From NCBI GenBank assembly GCA_037381445.1, contig JARRQT010000017.1:23360-51136 (forward strand): 27,777 bases of DNA, read 5' to 3'. The notes under the pieces are model-generated. The model had not been told where the DNA came from, searched no databases, and saw only the letters and a program-made list of their open reading frames with translations. Below, in pieces: positions 26,957 through 27,777 of this stretch; within the stretch, counting starts at the first letter, position 1; each line of letters opens with the position of its first letter. Source of the stretch: Calditrichia bacterium. Lineage in GTDB: Bacteria; Calditrichota; Calditrichia; RBG-13-44-9. A program made the translations under genes and the position numbers.

Positions 26957-27777
26957 ATGTCTCTCATCAGCACGGAATTCAGTCAATATTTTACGCCGGA
27001 AAAGCTTGCTTCTCTGATGCGTATTGGTTTCCTGCTGTTTATTATATTGCCATCAGTCCTTTTGCTCAGCAAATGGGTCGGCAAGTATGCGGCAAAAAAA
27101 CTGTCTCCGCAGCAGGGAATGGTTTTCCGAAAATTATTTCTTTATGCAGGAGTCGTTATTATTGGATTTTCACTGGTCAGTGAAATGGGATTTCAGATCA
27201 CCCATCTGCTGGGTGCAGCCGGAATCCTGGGGATCGCCATCGGTTTCGCTTCCCAAACCAGTGTTTCAAATGTGATCAGCGGGCTTTTCCTGATTGCCGA
27301 AAAGCCCTTTGAGATAAATGATGTGATTGTGGTGGGAGACACAACCGGACAGGTGCTTTCCATCGACATGCTGTCCATAAAATTGCGCACTTTTGACAAT
27401 AAATTTGTGCGGATCCCCAATGAAACTATCGTCAAGAGCCAGGTTACTAATATCACACGGTTTCCCATCCGCCGGATGGATCTGGACATCGGCATTGCGT
27501 ATAAAGAGGATGTCGCCCGGGTTCGTAAAGTCCTGCTGGAAATCGCCCGTGAGAATCCGCTCTGTCTGAATGAGCCGGAACCCATGGTTATTTTTTCGGG
27601 ATTCGGTAACTCCTCTGTGGACCTGACTTTTTTGATCTGGGCTGCCAAATCGGATTGGATCAAAGTTAAGAACAGCATCATGGAGGAGGTCAAGAGACGC
27701 TTTGATGAAGAAAAAATAGAAATTCCCTTTCCCCACCTTTCCCTCTACAGCGGCACCGCCACGCAGCCAATGCCAAT
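26957..27777 (+). CDS. mscS: MscS-family mechanosensitive channel, 3'-truncated by the window (absent from the ORF track)
   Basis: AAGGAGG RBS, ATG 26957, open to the window end: MSLISTEF...LLGAAGILGIAIGFASQTSVSNVISGLFLIAEKPFEIND...RIPNE...IEIPFPH. Confidence 0.93.
   Translation, partial: MSLISTEFSQYFTPEKLASLMRIGFLLFIILPSVLLLSKWVGKYAAKKLSPQQGMVFRKLFLYAGVVIIGFSLVSEMGFQITHLLGAAGILGIAIGFASQTSVSNVISGLFLIAEKPFEINDVIVVGDTTGQVLSIDMLSIKLRTFDNKFVRIPNETIVKSQVTNITRFPIRRMDLDIGIAYKEDVARVRKVLLEIARENPLCLNEPEPMVIFSGFGNSSVDLTFLIWAAKSDWIKVKNSIMEEVKRRFDEEKIEIPFPHLSLYSGTATQPMP

Noticed and set aside
27024..27736. Track ORFs 27024-27275 (+), 27193-27693 (-) and 27266-27736 (-)
   Set aside because: All overlap the real MscS frame starting at 26957, which the track missed because it has no stop in the window.

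Overview
A 27.8 kb, gene-dense bacterial chromosomal segment of roughly 48% GC (estimated by eye). The host is diderm, since it encodes an outer-membrane porin and a multiheme c-type cytochrome; the taxon cannot be fixed from the sequence. I found no rRNA, tRNA, CRISPR array or mobile element. Gene order: YbhFSR-like ABC-2 exporter (two NBDs, two permeases); an AddB-like Fe-S/PD-(D/E)xK nuclease gene frameshifted by an exact 44-bp tandem duplication; two tandem CPA-family antiporters; ada; glnA (GSI-alpha type); an ECF sigma/ZAS anti-sigma pair; an MDR/quinone oxidoreductase; DUF2231-like and PsiE-like membrane proteins; two divergent cytochrome bd subunit I (CydA) homologs, the second fused to 8 c-type heme motifs; and a co-oriented cluster of a large P-loop ATPase, MscS, an OprO/P-like porin, a DUF432-like protein and a second MscS that runs off the window. 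The best candidates for poorly described systems are the CydA-like pair with the octaheme fusion and the ATPase-MscS-porin-DUF432-MscS cluster. Family assignments come from motif recognition, not from database searches.
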